Shown here: piece after piece, positions 1 to 10,700 of the stretch
Numbering within the stretch: position 1 is the first letter of the stretch
How the letters are laid out: each line of letters opens with the position of its first letter
Assembly: GCF_964355755.1 (NCBI RefSeq)
Contig: NC_092679.1
Coordinates: 22,303,432-22,367,431, forward strand
Direction of reading: 5' to 3'
DNA: 64,000 nt
Source of the DNA: Antedon mediterranea
Lineage: Eukaryota; Animalia; Echinodermata
Notes under the pieces: model-generated
Told to the model about the DNA's origin: nothing
Database searches by the model: none
The model's input: the letters and a program-made list of their open reading frames with translations, nothing else
Made by a program: the position numbers and the translations under genes

Positions 1-244
1 TTGTCTATGTCCAATTGCCTGCAAAACAAACCAAATATTCGTTATAAGATGGCCCTCTTACCAGGCCACTTGTTACTGTAGTCTTGCTAGCGTGCTCATT
101 ATTGAGTGTGACGTCATCATTGTCTGGTTTCAGTTGACTATGCACAGCATTTGTGTGAGACCAGTAATACATTTTTTTTTCATTATTGATTAATTTCTCA
201 ATTAGGCCTACATTTGAATAGATAAATAGCATGTAAACGCCAAA

Positions 245-715
245 CAGGAGAGCACCTATAATATTTCTCCTATTGTCAGGAGAGATCTTACTAAGGTGCT
301 CTGATTTCTCCCTATAGAACCTTTAAGATTTCTCCTCTTATCAGGAGGAGAGATCTTAGGTGCTGCTCTGACCTCCTCCTGTCTGGAGGAGAGATCTTAA
401 AGGGGATCTCCTCCTGTCTGGAGGAGAGATCTTAAAGGTACTTTCCTCCTGACAGGAGAGCACCTATAAAATTTCTCCTCTTATCAGAACGGAGATATCT
501 TACTAGTGCTCTGATCTCCTGTCTGGACAGATCCTCCTGTTGGGAGAGCACCATTACGATTTCTCTTCTTGTCAGGGGGACTGAGAGATGTTACTGCTCT
601 GATCTCCTCCTGTCTGGAGAAGAAATCTTGTAGGTGCTCTCCTCTCAACATACAGGATGGAGAGCTCCTATAAGATTTCTCCTCAATTGTTAGGGGGAGA
701 GATAGGTGCTCTAAT
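245..715. repeat. Degenerate array of short direct/inverted repeats (AGGAGAGATCTTA / CTCCTCCTGTCTGGAGGAG motifs)
   Basis: About 10 diverged copies of CTCCTCCTG...CAGGAGAG(ATCTTA/CACCTA) in both orientations, e.g. 373-400 and 409-436; no ORF; boundaries approximate. Confidence 0.55.
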
Positions 716-2395
716 CAATGTATACTAGACACTTAGGCTATCTGTTCTCGGATGTCAAGAAATGAATACTTGTACCATCCAGATAATTATTGTCTACATA
801 CAGTATGCCTCCACCTGCATTACAGTAGTCTACTTTAGCCTACTAATCTATACACTCCTACTCTCTATAGGCCTCCGTGGCGTGTCTTATTAAATTGTAG
901 ATTGTATGAAGCAGGACAGATATTTGCATTGACATTATTGACTAACGAGAGTCGCAAACTGACTAAAATGCTCATTGCAATAAAACATTATTTCTATGTT
1001 AAAACAGTGAAAACCTGTTACAAAGACGATTAAGTTAGGCCTACACGTCTCCACGGAAATTACACGGTCCACAATCGCGGCAGCAGCCAACGAGACGATT
1101 TGTTGGCGCATGCCTGTTTAGTCAAACGGCTGCTGCGGCTGTTACATAATATTACGCAAACGTTCCAAGGTATACTACACAACAATGAAGGATTTTTAGA
1201 ATTCAAGGTAATTTCTACTCTCATTCAATTACCAAGGAATGGTTCTTCAAAATATTGAGACAAAACTTATACCAACACAATTTGTTGAAAATTAAGCTAA
1301 AATTGCCAAATAAAGGATCGAGACACACCCTTACGTAACCATCGGTACACACAAAAACAGACGACCTTTTTTACGATTAGGAAAACCCCAGTTGTAATTA
1401 AATGTGGTAAAATGTGGATAAAATCCACTTAACATAAATAATTCTTTACATATTATTAAATTATAGATTTTACGTACCTTACGTATTGCTGTACAATTGT
1501 AAAAACATGAAAAAATCGGTTTTAACGCATTCAAAACGTGTGATTAATCTCTGTAGAGCTGAAACCATACACAGCGCCAGGGAAGGATGACCTTAACGTG
1601 AACTCGTGAATCAACAATAACAGTTGAGATGTACATGTGGTAAAGAAACTGGCCAATCAGAGTGTCCGGAACTGCAACGATAACGGTTAAAATGCATATA
1701 ACGGGATACTTGATTGGACATTCCTGAGTGATTGCGTAACGCCTCAAGCTAAACAGTAAAGGTGAATTAAGGACACTGTTCTGAGGCTGAGTAATGCACT
1801 TACGATGAATACCGCGACAATCACGTAAGCCTTTCATCAACAAAACGATACGCGGTTAGAATTTATTTAAGTACCGCCGCGACATTATTATTAATAATAA
1901 AAGGAAGTAGATTTTGGGCCTAGAGGAATGTTTTTGAATTTAAAATAAATTGAATCCAATTAATACTTCTACAATAAATACATTCGTTTTTGCAAAGAAA
2001 GACATTGATTGACAAACTGAAAAGTGTTCACAAAAGTAGTACAGTATAAAAGTAATTCAATGGGGAGCCATCAACAAAATAAACAAAAAACAGTAATATA
2101 TTCTATTAAAAAAAACAAAACACATTGATTGGTTAAACTTTTTATTCTATCAATATCCAATAGTAAGGAAGAAGTTTCTATGAATTGTGAAAATAGGGTT
2201 GTTATGGTAAGGGTTACATTATGGGTCCTACCACTCTATATATTGATCTACAGTATAAATTATATTTTAAAAGAGAATATATTGCTAACTCCATTTCTAT
2301 CAATAAAAGCCTACTTTTACACACAAGAAAGTAAAATAATTCATCAGCCAGGCCTGTAGAATTTACAATAATGTATGTATTAAATTGTCAAAATA

Positions 2396-2583
2396 CAGTA
2401 AAACTCATCCTTTGGAACACCCCTCTATTAAGGGAACACTTTTTCTTATCAACACTAGGGGTAATGTAGATATTTTAACACTATCGTCAATCCCTTGCAA
2501 CTCTTTTCAAGGGACACCTCTAATAAGGGGACACTTTATTGGGCCCCGATTGTGTCCTCTTAATACTAATAGGAGTTCTCCTG
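2396..2583. mobile_element. Tc1/mariner-like MITE (CAGTA(G/A)AAC...ACTG ends, TA flanks); related AAGGGGACAC/GTGTCCCCTT fragments recur throughout the window
   Basis: TA|CAGTAAAACTC...GAGTTCTCCTG|TA. Clearer copy at 28329-28422 (TA|CAGTAGAA...TTCTACTG|TA). Fragments near 5400-5600, 10030, 11070, 12190, 26830-27020, 34410-34640, 46050, 47460, 63040. Confidence 0.55.
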
Positions 2584-2803
2584 TAGTATGTACTGGCTTA
2601 TAATAAACACTGGAAAAAATGATTTTATTGATGAAAATGAGGTTGGCATTTTATTTCATAAAATGCTATTTTACTTTATATAGTTTCGCATATTCATTAT
2701 TTGAGTATAGTCCCACCCCAGGTCTCTGGGACTAAGTACTCTGTCATATACAGCATGGTAATCACAAAGTTTTGCAATGTTCACATTTATTCATAAACAA
2801 TTA

Positions 2804-3518
2804 CTACTTCTTTTTGACTACATGTCCACAGTCATATTTTCCTCTCACAATTGTATGTTTTACTCCGGGCAAATCTCGCGTCCTTCCTCCTTCAACCAAA
2901 ACAATATTATGCTCCTGTAGGTTGTGTCCTTCACCGGGAATAAATGCAATCACTTCTTTTCCGTTGCTCAAACGAACCTTGGCGCACTTTCTGTTTGCAG
3001 AATTTGGTTTTTTTGGTTTGCGGATCAACGTCTTTAAAACCACACCTTTCATTTGGGGTCTAAAGTCCATCGGATGGTTTTTGTTTCGATCCGCCTTTTT
3101 TTTCTTGTAATTAAACGGTCCTCTTTGATGCATTTTAATCAATTCTGGATCTATCATCTCGAATGTTCTGGTTTGCATTATAGTCAACACTGGTGAAGGC
3201 AACCTAGATAGTATGCGATGACACACTCCTGAAAAATGAATTGAAATAAGATTTTTTTTAAAGTGTTTATACTGTATGATCTCTAGATCTCGTCAGTGCA
3301 TTTAGTTCTCAGGCGTTGATAGTTATGAATAGAACCACATAACAGGCTAATCATATTAAATATATATTGTAATACAATACTGTAACATACATTATCTAAA
3401 ATACTATACTGCATTTAGTAAAAGGTGATGCATTGCTTTATACAGTACCTGGAAGTTGCTGTGGTGTTGTATTGATACCCCTTAAAAGAGTATTTACAAA
3501 TGTTCTTGTTCCAAACAT
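2804..3518 (-). CDS. MRPS12: Mitochondrial ribosomal protein S12 (uS12m); coding exons 3518-3449 and 3228-2804
   Basis: Has the uS12 signature [38 protein letters not shown]...RGKYD. Upstream exon [23 protein letters not shown] resembles a presequence and joins in frame through a GT-AG intron; stop TAG at 2804-2806. Confidence 0.95.
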
Positions 3519-4299
3519 TGTCTAAAAAGAAGAAATCAAATATACAAACAAGTTAAAATATTAATTAATAATAATAATTAATTAATAGACCTAGGCCTAG
3601 ATAGAGTAGATGAGAAACAAAATAAATGTACCAAAAAAATACAAAAACTACAGACAGTAAGTATGTAGGTAGCTAGCCTGGCTAGGCCTACATACATGAG
3701 CGAGAGTGTTTGCGATTTTTCGTTAGGGAACAGGTAAGCCCCATAACTATGTTTAGCAATAAGGCATATAATAGCTAGGCTAGGCCTATAGCCCCTCTCC
3801 TTCATGCTGCACCCAACCCCCGGGCCATCCATTCATGCTGAAATGAGTGGTACGGTGGTGTTTTCCGGTGGGGTGGGCCTGACCTAAACTAGGCCTAGCC
3901 TAGAGGCCGGCCCTAGATAGCCTCTCTTTATAATAGAATAGGCTAGCTGCAGTAGATGAGTAAACACCACTACAATAATACAATATATTATTAATAAACT
4001 TACAATTGATGGAAAATTTAAAAGGCAAAAAAACAAAACTGCATGCTTTAACAAAAAACTATAGAGGACGCTCGACGTCCTTTTCTCTTGACACACAATT
4101 TTTGTTTACAGAGAGTAAATCAGTTATATTTCACTTTTTCTACTGTTACATATTTGATTAAATAAAATATAATACATGAATAAAGTGGTAATTTATATTT
4201 AAATTATTTAAATGAAAATTAACTTGTTTTTCCAGATATAAAATTAAATCTTCTTATGCCACAAACGAGCAGCCGACATCATGAAAGGCAGTCATGCGA

Positions 4300-4313
4300 G
4301 CAACCATGACAAC
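4300..4313 (-). promoter_or_regulatory. Possible RFX X-box (GTTGTCATGGTTGC) upstream of the TEX43-like gene
   Basis: One good half-site (GTTGTCATGG) about 135 bp before the ATG of a ciliary/sperm gene; the second half is imperfect. Confidence 0.35.
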
Positions 4314-4448
4314 AACAAACAAAAAGCAAGCTTGGTACGTATATAAAGTTAAGCACCTGCGCTTGTATTGCTGTGGTTAGCAAGATTTTTGGGGACACCA
4401 ACTACAACATCTTGCAAGGCCCAATCATCTGTTTTTTTGCAGAACAAA

Positions 4449-5094
4449 ATGGCAAACAATTCAACCACAAATTCAAGGTACAGAAAATAAGATAATAATA
4501 ATAGCCTATAGTAATACTATATAGTAATAGTATAGGATTTGTAGGCCTATCATCAGACGGTACAGTACCGTATTTTTCTTTTTGTTAGGCCATGATTAAT
4601 AGGCCTGGACTCGGTAATCACACATAACAGTAACACAGGTTTGTAATAAAAGGATTTGTTTTACGTTTGGTCATTTTAGGGTTCCAAAGTTTTCCAAGTT
4701 GCACCCAATTATACCAAGACGATATGTACCGGAGTGGAAGAACGATATGAAAAATAGAGAACTTATTGTAAAGGTACATTAGTAGGCCTACTACATTTCT
4801 TAATATTTGTTTATCCTTATTTTATTATTACCAAATCTGTGATTCTAACCGAATTTCTCCTTTTTTTTGTAGAACTGCGAAGCAAGCCAACTCGTCTCTA
4901 AAGGCCCACACGTAAAAAGCTTATATTTGGACAAACGAGAAAGAATGAATGAAGTCGAACCAAGGGAACGTGTGGAAGCCAAGAAACCACAATTTGATCG
5001 TTACACGGCTCTTAGACCAGAGTTTGCAACGGTACAGTCCAAATATCAGAGTAGTTTGATGTTCAGGAGAGATGACATCTTTAATAGTCAATAA
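4449..5094 (+). CDS. TEX43: TEX43/SPMIP10-like sperm/ciliary microtubule inner protein, 114 aa; exons 4449-4477, 4680-4773, 4873-5094
   Basis: Three GT-AG-joined exons give MANNSTTNSRVPKFSKLHPIIPRRYVPEWKNDMKNRELIVKNCEASQLVSKGPHVKSLYLDKRERMN...QSKYQSSLMFRRDDIFNSQ*. The PxFS..xIPRRYVxxWK, GP..SL and SxYQS motifs match vertebrate TEX43 as recalled from memory. Confidence 0.8.
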
Positions 5095-5671
5095 TGGTTG
5101 ACAAATACGGACATAATAAAGGTGCAAAAAATTATAAATATCTATTTTATATGATGGTGTTTTTTATGTGCATTTTGTATACTATGCAAATTAGTAGTGC
5201 TAATTTATGTGTCAATGTACTGTTTTTACCACCAGCCAAGTGTATATTCTTTTCCATAAGTGTATATTTTTCTAAAACAAGAATTGGGTGACAATAAAGT
5301 TTAAATTATGTTTGCATACTAAATTTTCTGATATCTTATCATTATTGTACTTTTATGGATTTGTTAAATGAATACGATAAATAAACAAAACAATTCTTTT
5401 GGGACAACCTATTCAGGGCACGCCCATAATAAGGGGAAACATTCATGTGAAAAGAACAAGGGCAATACATTTCAACGTGACATCAACCCCTATATATGGA
5501 ACACTTTCTTATGAAAGGAGGAGCAATATATGTTTTAACACGACAGCAAACCTCTATTAAGCAGACACCCCCTAATTGAGGGGACACTTAGTTGGGGCTC
5601 AAATTTAACAAGTATCTACCATAGTATTTTTTAAATATTAATTGTAACATGGCTTCAGTAGGTAAGGTTTG

Positions 5672-7002
5672 TACGAAAGCCCATTAATGCAATTTTAAGT
5701 ATATGTTTTTCGAACGTAATCCGTTCTAACGAATTAGTAATTCGTTTGAACGGATTAATAATCTGTTCAAACGAATTAGTAATCCGTTCAAACGAATTGC
5801 AACATATACAACAAGTGCCATTTAAAGTATATGTTGTAATTCGTTTGAACGGATTACTAATCCGTTCAAACAAATTACTAATTTGTTTAAACGGATTACT
5901 AATTTGTTCAAACGGATTACTAATCCGTTCAAACAAATTACTAATTTGTTTAAATGGATTACTAATTCGTTCAAACGAATTACTAATTTGTTTAAACGGA
6001 TTAGTAATCCGTTCAAACGAATTACTAATTCGTTCAAACGAATTAGTAATCCGTTTAAACGAATTAATAATTTGTTTAAACAAATTAATAATTTGTTTAA
6101 ACGGATTACTAATCTGTTTGAACGAATTAGTAATTCGTTTGAACGAATTAGTAATCCGTTTAAACAAATTATTAATTTGTTTAAACAAATTAATAATTTG
6201 TTCAAACGGATTACTAATTCGTTAGAACGAATTAGTAATTCGTTTGAACAAATTAGTAATCCGTTTAAACAAATTACTAATCCGTTTGAACGGATTCCTA
6301 ATTCGTTTTAACAGATTATTAATCTGTTTAAACAAATTAGTAATTCGTTTGAACGGATTAGTAATCCGTTCAAACGAATTACAACATATTCTTTAAATGG
6401 CACTTGTTGTATATGTTGCAATTGGTTTGAACAGATTACTAATTCGTTTGAACAGATTACTAATCCGTTCAAACGAATTACTAATTTGTTTAAACAGATT
6501 AATAATCTGTTCAAACGAATTAGGAATCCGTCCAAACGGATTAGTAATTTGTTTAAACGGATTACTAATCTGTTTAAACGAATTACTAATTCGTTTAAAC
6601 GAATTAGTAATCCGTTTAAACAAATTATTAATTTGTTTAAACAAATTACTAATTTGTTTAAACAGATTACTAATTCGTTCAAACGAATTACTAATTCGTT
6701 CAAACAGATTAGTAATCCGTTTAAACAAATTATTAATTTGTTTAAACAAATTATTAATTTGTTTAAACGGATTACTAATTCGTTTGAACGAATTAGTAAT
6801 CCGTTTAAACAAATTATTAATTCGTTTAAACTAATTACAACATATACTTTAAATGGCACTTGTTGTATATGTTGCAATTCGTTTGAACGGATTACTAATT
6901 CGTTTGAACAGATTATTAATCCGTTCAAACGAATTACTAATTCGTTAGAACGGATTACGTTCGAAAAACATATACTTCAAATGGCATTAATGGGCTTTCG
7001 TA
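5672..7002. mobile_element. Non-autonomous foldback DNA transposon with long TIRs, TAC...GTA termini and 6-bp TSD (IS3EU-like), filled with 21-bp palindromic repeats
   Basis: Left end TACGAAAGCCCATTAATGC... mirrors right end ...GCATTAATGGGCTTTCGTA over at least ~165 bp. TSD GGTTTG at 5666-5671 and 7003-7008. Internal unit is AATTCGTTTAAACGAATT plus 3 nt. Confidence 0.8.
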
Positions 7003-7742
7003 GGTTTGCAATGTATATCAATTACAATAGTATTTTTTCTATGAAAACACAAAAATAAAATACATCAGTCATTAGTTACATATTTGTTTCTTTAACAAAC
7101 TATATATACATATTACAGTACATTTACAAAACAATAGACAACCCATAATAGTAGGTTATTAAGGAGAGGGGTGCAAAAGTGACTATACACTTATCTACAA
7201 ATGATTTGTTGTCAAACTAGTATTGCTTTTGAATAAGACAACGCAAAGACTTAAGAAATACCAAACACAAAAATGTATATAAATACATACTAAAATGTAC
7301 TGATTTTCTCATACAATAATCTTGTTTTAGAAACATTGTATCTTATTCGGTTTCACACCATTATTTAATATAATAAATTTTACATTCATTATCTTGCAGT
7401 ACTTACTGTAACTGCAAATTATCATTATAAAATTATTTAAAAAAAAATACAACAAATCAAAGCATCTCTCAAACCATTCTTTTTCAACTAATATTTACAA
7501 TAGGATAATAGTCAAAACTATGATACCCGCCTTTTTGTGGATTACTACGCCAACGTTATTGTATAATGCTCCTTTTGCGCACTATAACTTATGTTTGTTG
7601 TTATCTAGTTTGTGATGTGCCCATATATGGAAATGATGATGTCATATCACTACCATATTTGGTAGTTTGATAGTGTAGGCAGACAGAGCTTAAAGGGTCA
7701 TTCACACCTACTCCAGTCCGGCAAATAAAATCAATGTTTCGT

Positions 7743-10700
7743 TTATTGTAAATTTCCATCGTCACTGTCATCTTTACAGCGTTTATCAACAAAATCGTCA
7801 ACTGCCTCTACAAGTTTCTTGAAGTAGCTGTAACCAGGTTGAACACTGGACAAAACGGATCGAATATCTTCCTCACTAAAAATTAAAAAAAAGAAGAAAC
7901 ACACCTTGTGAAAAACTGAGATGGTAGCCTTCAGAATGTATGACTATGCCCAGATGGGTACTGCTACAGATATGTTTAAAGCTCTGTATTCACTATCAAA
8001 CTTTATGTGACAACAAAAATGTGATGTGCCCATATGGACATGATGATGTCATATCAAATTCACTACCACAGTGTGAGCACATCACTGTCAGACTAGTTTG
8101 ATAGTGTAGACAGAGCTTTACTTGGGAGGTCTGTTACTTACCTTACATCACCTATCTTGTTTTTAAAGTGGAATTTCAAAAGCGTTGATGGATAGCTACC
8201 AGGTACCAGGTCAAATGTCACATAGAATTTAGCAAATGCTCGAAAATTAGAAAATTCAACTTTTACTCTGAAAAATTAACAGATTTAATATATTAAGCTA
8301 ACTTTGAATATAAATAATATAAAAATAATGAATGTTTATGAGTTGGATGGTTTGGCCTTTACAGTTCAGTATTTCATCATAACACAGTTAATATTGTACA
8401 GTATATTTACTTTTTATCCTTGATGTGAACTTCATGAAAAAATTGAACATGTCGTATATCACTTTCAAGACATCTTGCATGGCTTGCAATGTAAGACACT
8501 TCATCTAACATCTAAAAAAACAAACATACTTTCAGATTAGTTTTTGTTTTAATTCTTTTTGTGTTTACCTATAGTTTTTGTGAGACAAGTACCCACAAGT
8601 AAGGTCCATGATAATTGATGATCTTATCTCAATAAAATTTTTATGAATGGACATTTTTCACAGTCCTGTGTTGTCTTGTTTTTCTCTTTAAAGCTCTCTA
8701 AACTATAGTTTGACAAAACAAGTGTGAACGGCCCAATATGGTGGTGATATAATGTTATCATGTCCATATATTATATGGGCACATAACATTGTTGTTGTCA
8801 CATAAAGTTTGATAGTGTAGACAGAGCTTTAGTTGTGTGATGTGCCCAAATATGGTAGTGATATGACATCATCATGTTCATATATGGGCATATCACATTT
8901 TTTTGCCACATAAAGTTTGATAGTGTAGACATAGCATTAGTTGATAGGTTAAGCAGTAAGGGTTTACTAACTTACCTTGGGTAGGCTGTTTGTTGTGGGA
9001 TACTTATGTAGTAGGCCTTCACAGTCCACAGCCTCTCGTAGCATCACATGTGATAGATGGGCGGAGTCTGCCGAGTTACTCTCCAAATACGATTCAAACT
9101 TTATTGATGATAATAATTTTTCTTTAGCTAAATTTCAAAGAAAAATATAATTATTTATCATTATCATGTCAAAATTATATTTCTGATTACTTCAGTATAT
9201 GAGGGACTCACTGAAATAAACCATGTGTATGATTAATAGTGTGATGTGCCCAAATATGGTAGTGATATGCTTAAATATGGTAGTAATATGCCCAAATATG
9301 GTAGTGACATTATTAGAAAGGCCCAAAGAAGAATCTACTTCCTACGTAGACTTAAATCATTTGGTATAAACTCTGAAATAATGTCGTCCTTCTATAGGTC
9401 AGTTATAGAGAGTGTAATAACGTATTCTTTAACGGTATGGTTCGGTAGCGCTACCGAAAATGAAAAGCGTGACCTAAATAGAATAGTCAAGACCGCATCG
9501 CGTATAATTGGATCTACACAACTGCCTTTGGAGAACATATTTTCGGATCGTCTTCTGAAAAAGGCAGTGGCTATCAAAGATGATCATTTTCATCCGGCCT
9601 CTAGTATGTTCCAGTTGATGCGCAGCGGTCGGCGATTTCGTTCTATTAAGGCCAATAAGGCAAGATTTACAAATAGTTTCTTTCCAGGATCTATTAGAGC
9701 CTTAAATATGATGTAGACTTTTTTTTTTGTAATGTTTTTGTTTTTGAGTTCGTGTTGTGTCCGTTGGATATTGTGCTCCGCCAACAGAGCAAACAGAATT
9801 TCTATGTTTTTCCTAAAACAAATGATAATAAATGATACTTGACTTGACTTGACTTGACATGACATCATCATGTCCATATATGGACACATCACAATTTTGT
9901 CACATAAAGTTTGATAGTGTTGACAGAGAGAGCTTTAGCTACCTAAATTGATTTATTTGGTAAACAATTATTTATACAAACAATAGAATGTTAGGACATA
10001 ATATTGTTTCTTGTTCAATTCACAGGAAAATGTCCCCTTAATGGGGGTGTCCAAATTGAGGGGCTCTAATGAACGGTACTTACATTCACTGGCGTTGCCA
10101 TATGCAATTCTCAGATGAAGTGAACCATATAGAAACGCTATGGAGCAACCCGTGCCATTCCACTCTTTTATCCTGCCCTCACATAGACTGCAATATAAAG
10201 ATTTTATAAAATTTAAATTATTTTACTGCAAAAATAATATAATATATTATACCCTTGATTTATAAAGTGTCTAACCTCCCTAATGTTTTTTTTCCCTCTG
10301 GATAATTTAAATAATTAACAAACACGTCTCAATGCGCTCAGATCTTTACGAAATAGCACTATATAAATGGTGAATTATTATTAATTAATAATATATAACA
10401 TCTAAAAAAATTCTTTTCATTTGATTGGACAATTGTGGGTCACATGGCGTGCAATAGAACGCACTATTGATTAGTCGTTCAATAGTATTTCTGTATGCAC
10501 TGGTTATACCTTTCTATGCGTTTATATTTTCTGTAGGCTTCTTCTCTACTTTCAGAAGCTTCATCCAGGTCATCTCGTCGATTGTTCTTTCTCTCCAACT
10601 CCTGCATTTCACCTTTTAGTTTTTGTTCCTCCACCACCATTTGATCTTTCTTCCTAATGATATAAATTATCTCAATAATTTAATTGTTCATTAGTTAAAA

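Noticed and set aside
5-232. 75-aa ORF, or possible exons of a gene running off the left edge
   Set aside because: No recognisable motif, and the implied GT-AG intron (19-61) would be only 43 nt; it cannot be supported from this window.
1331-1843. Two short minus-strand ORFs in a CpG-richer intergenic stretch
   Set aside because: No recognisable domain, splice pattern or TIR/TSD; left unannotated.
2772-3110. Antisense ORFs over MRPS12, ABCA and MTHFD1 exons, and MITE-derived ORFs such as [21 protein letters not shown]
   Set aside because: They are shadow frames of real exons or translations of the abundant MITE, with no independent coding evidence.
5655-7058. Eight overlapping 127-206-aa ORFs with FKRITNL / LNGLLIR heptads that resemble LRR or coiled-coil proteins
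   Set aside because: They are by-products of a 21-bp palindromic repeat that is open on both strands inside a TIR/TSD-bounded element.
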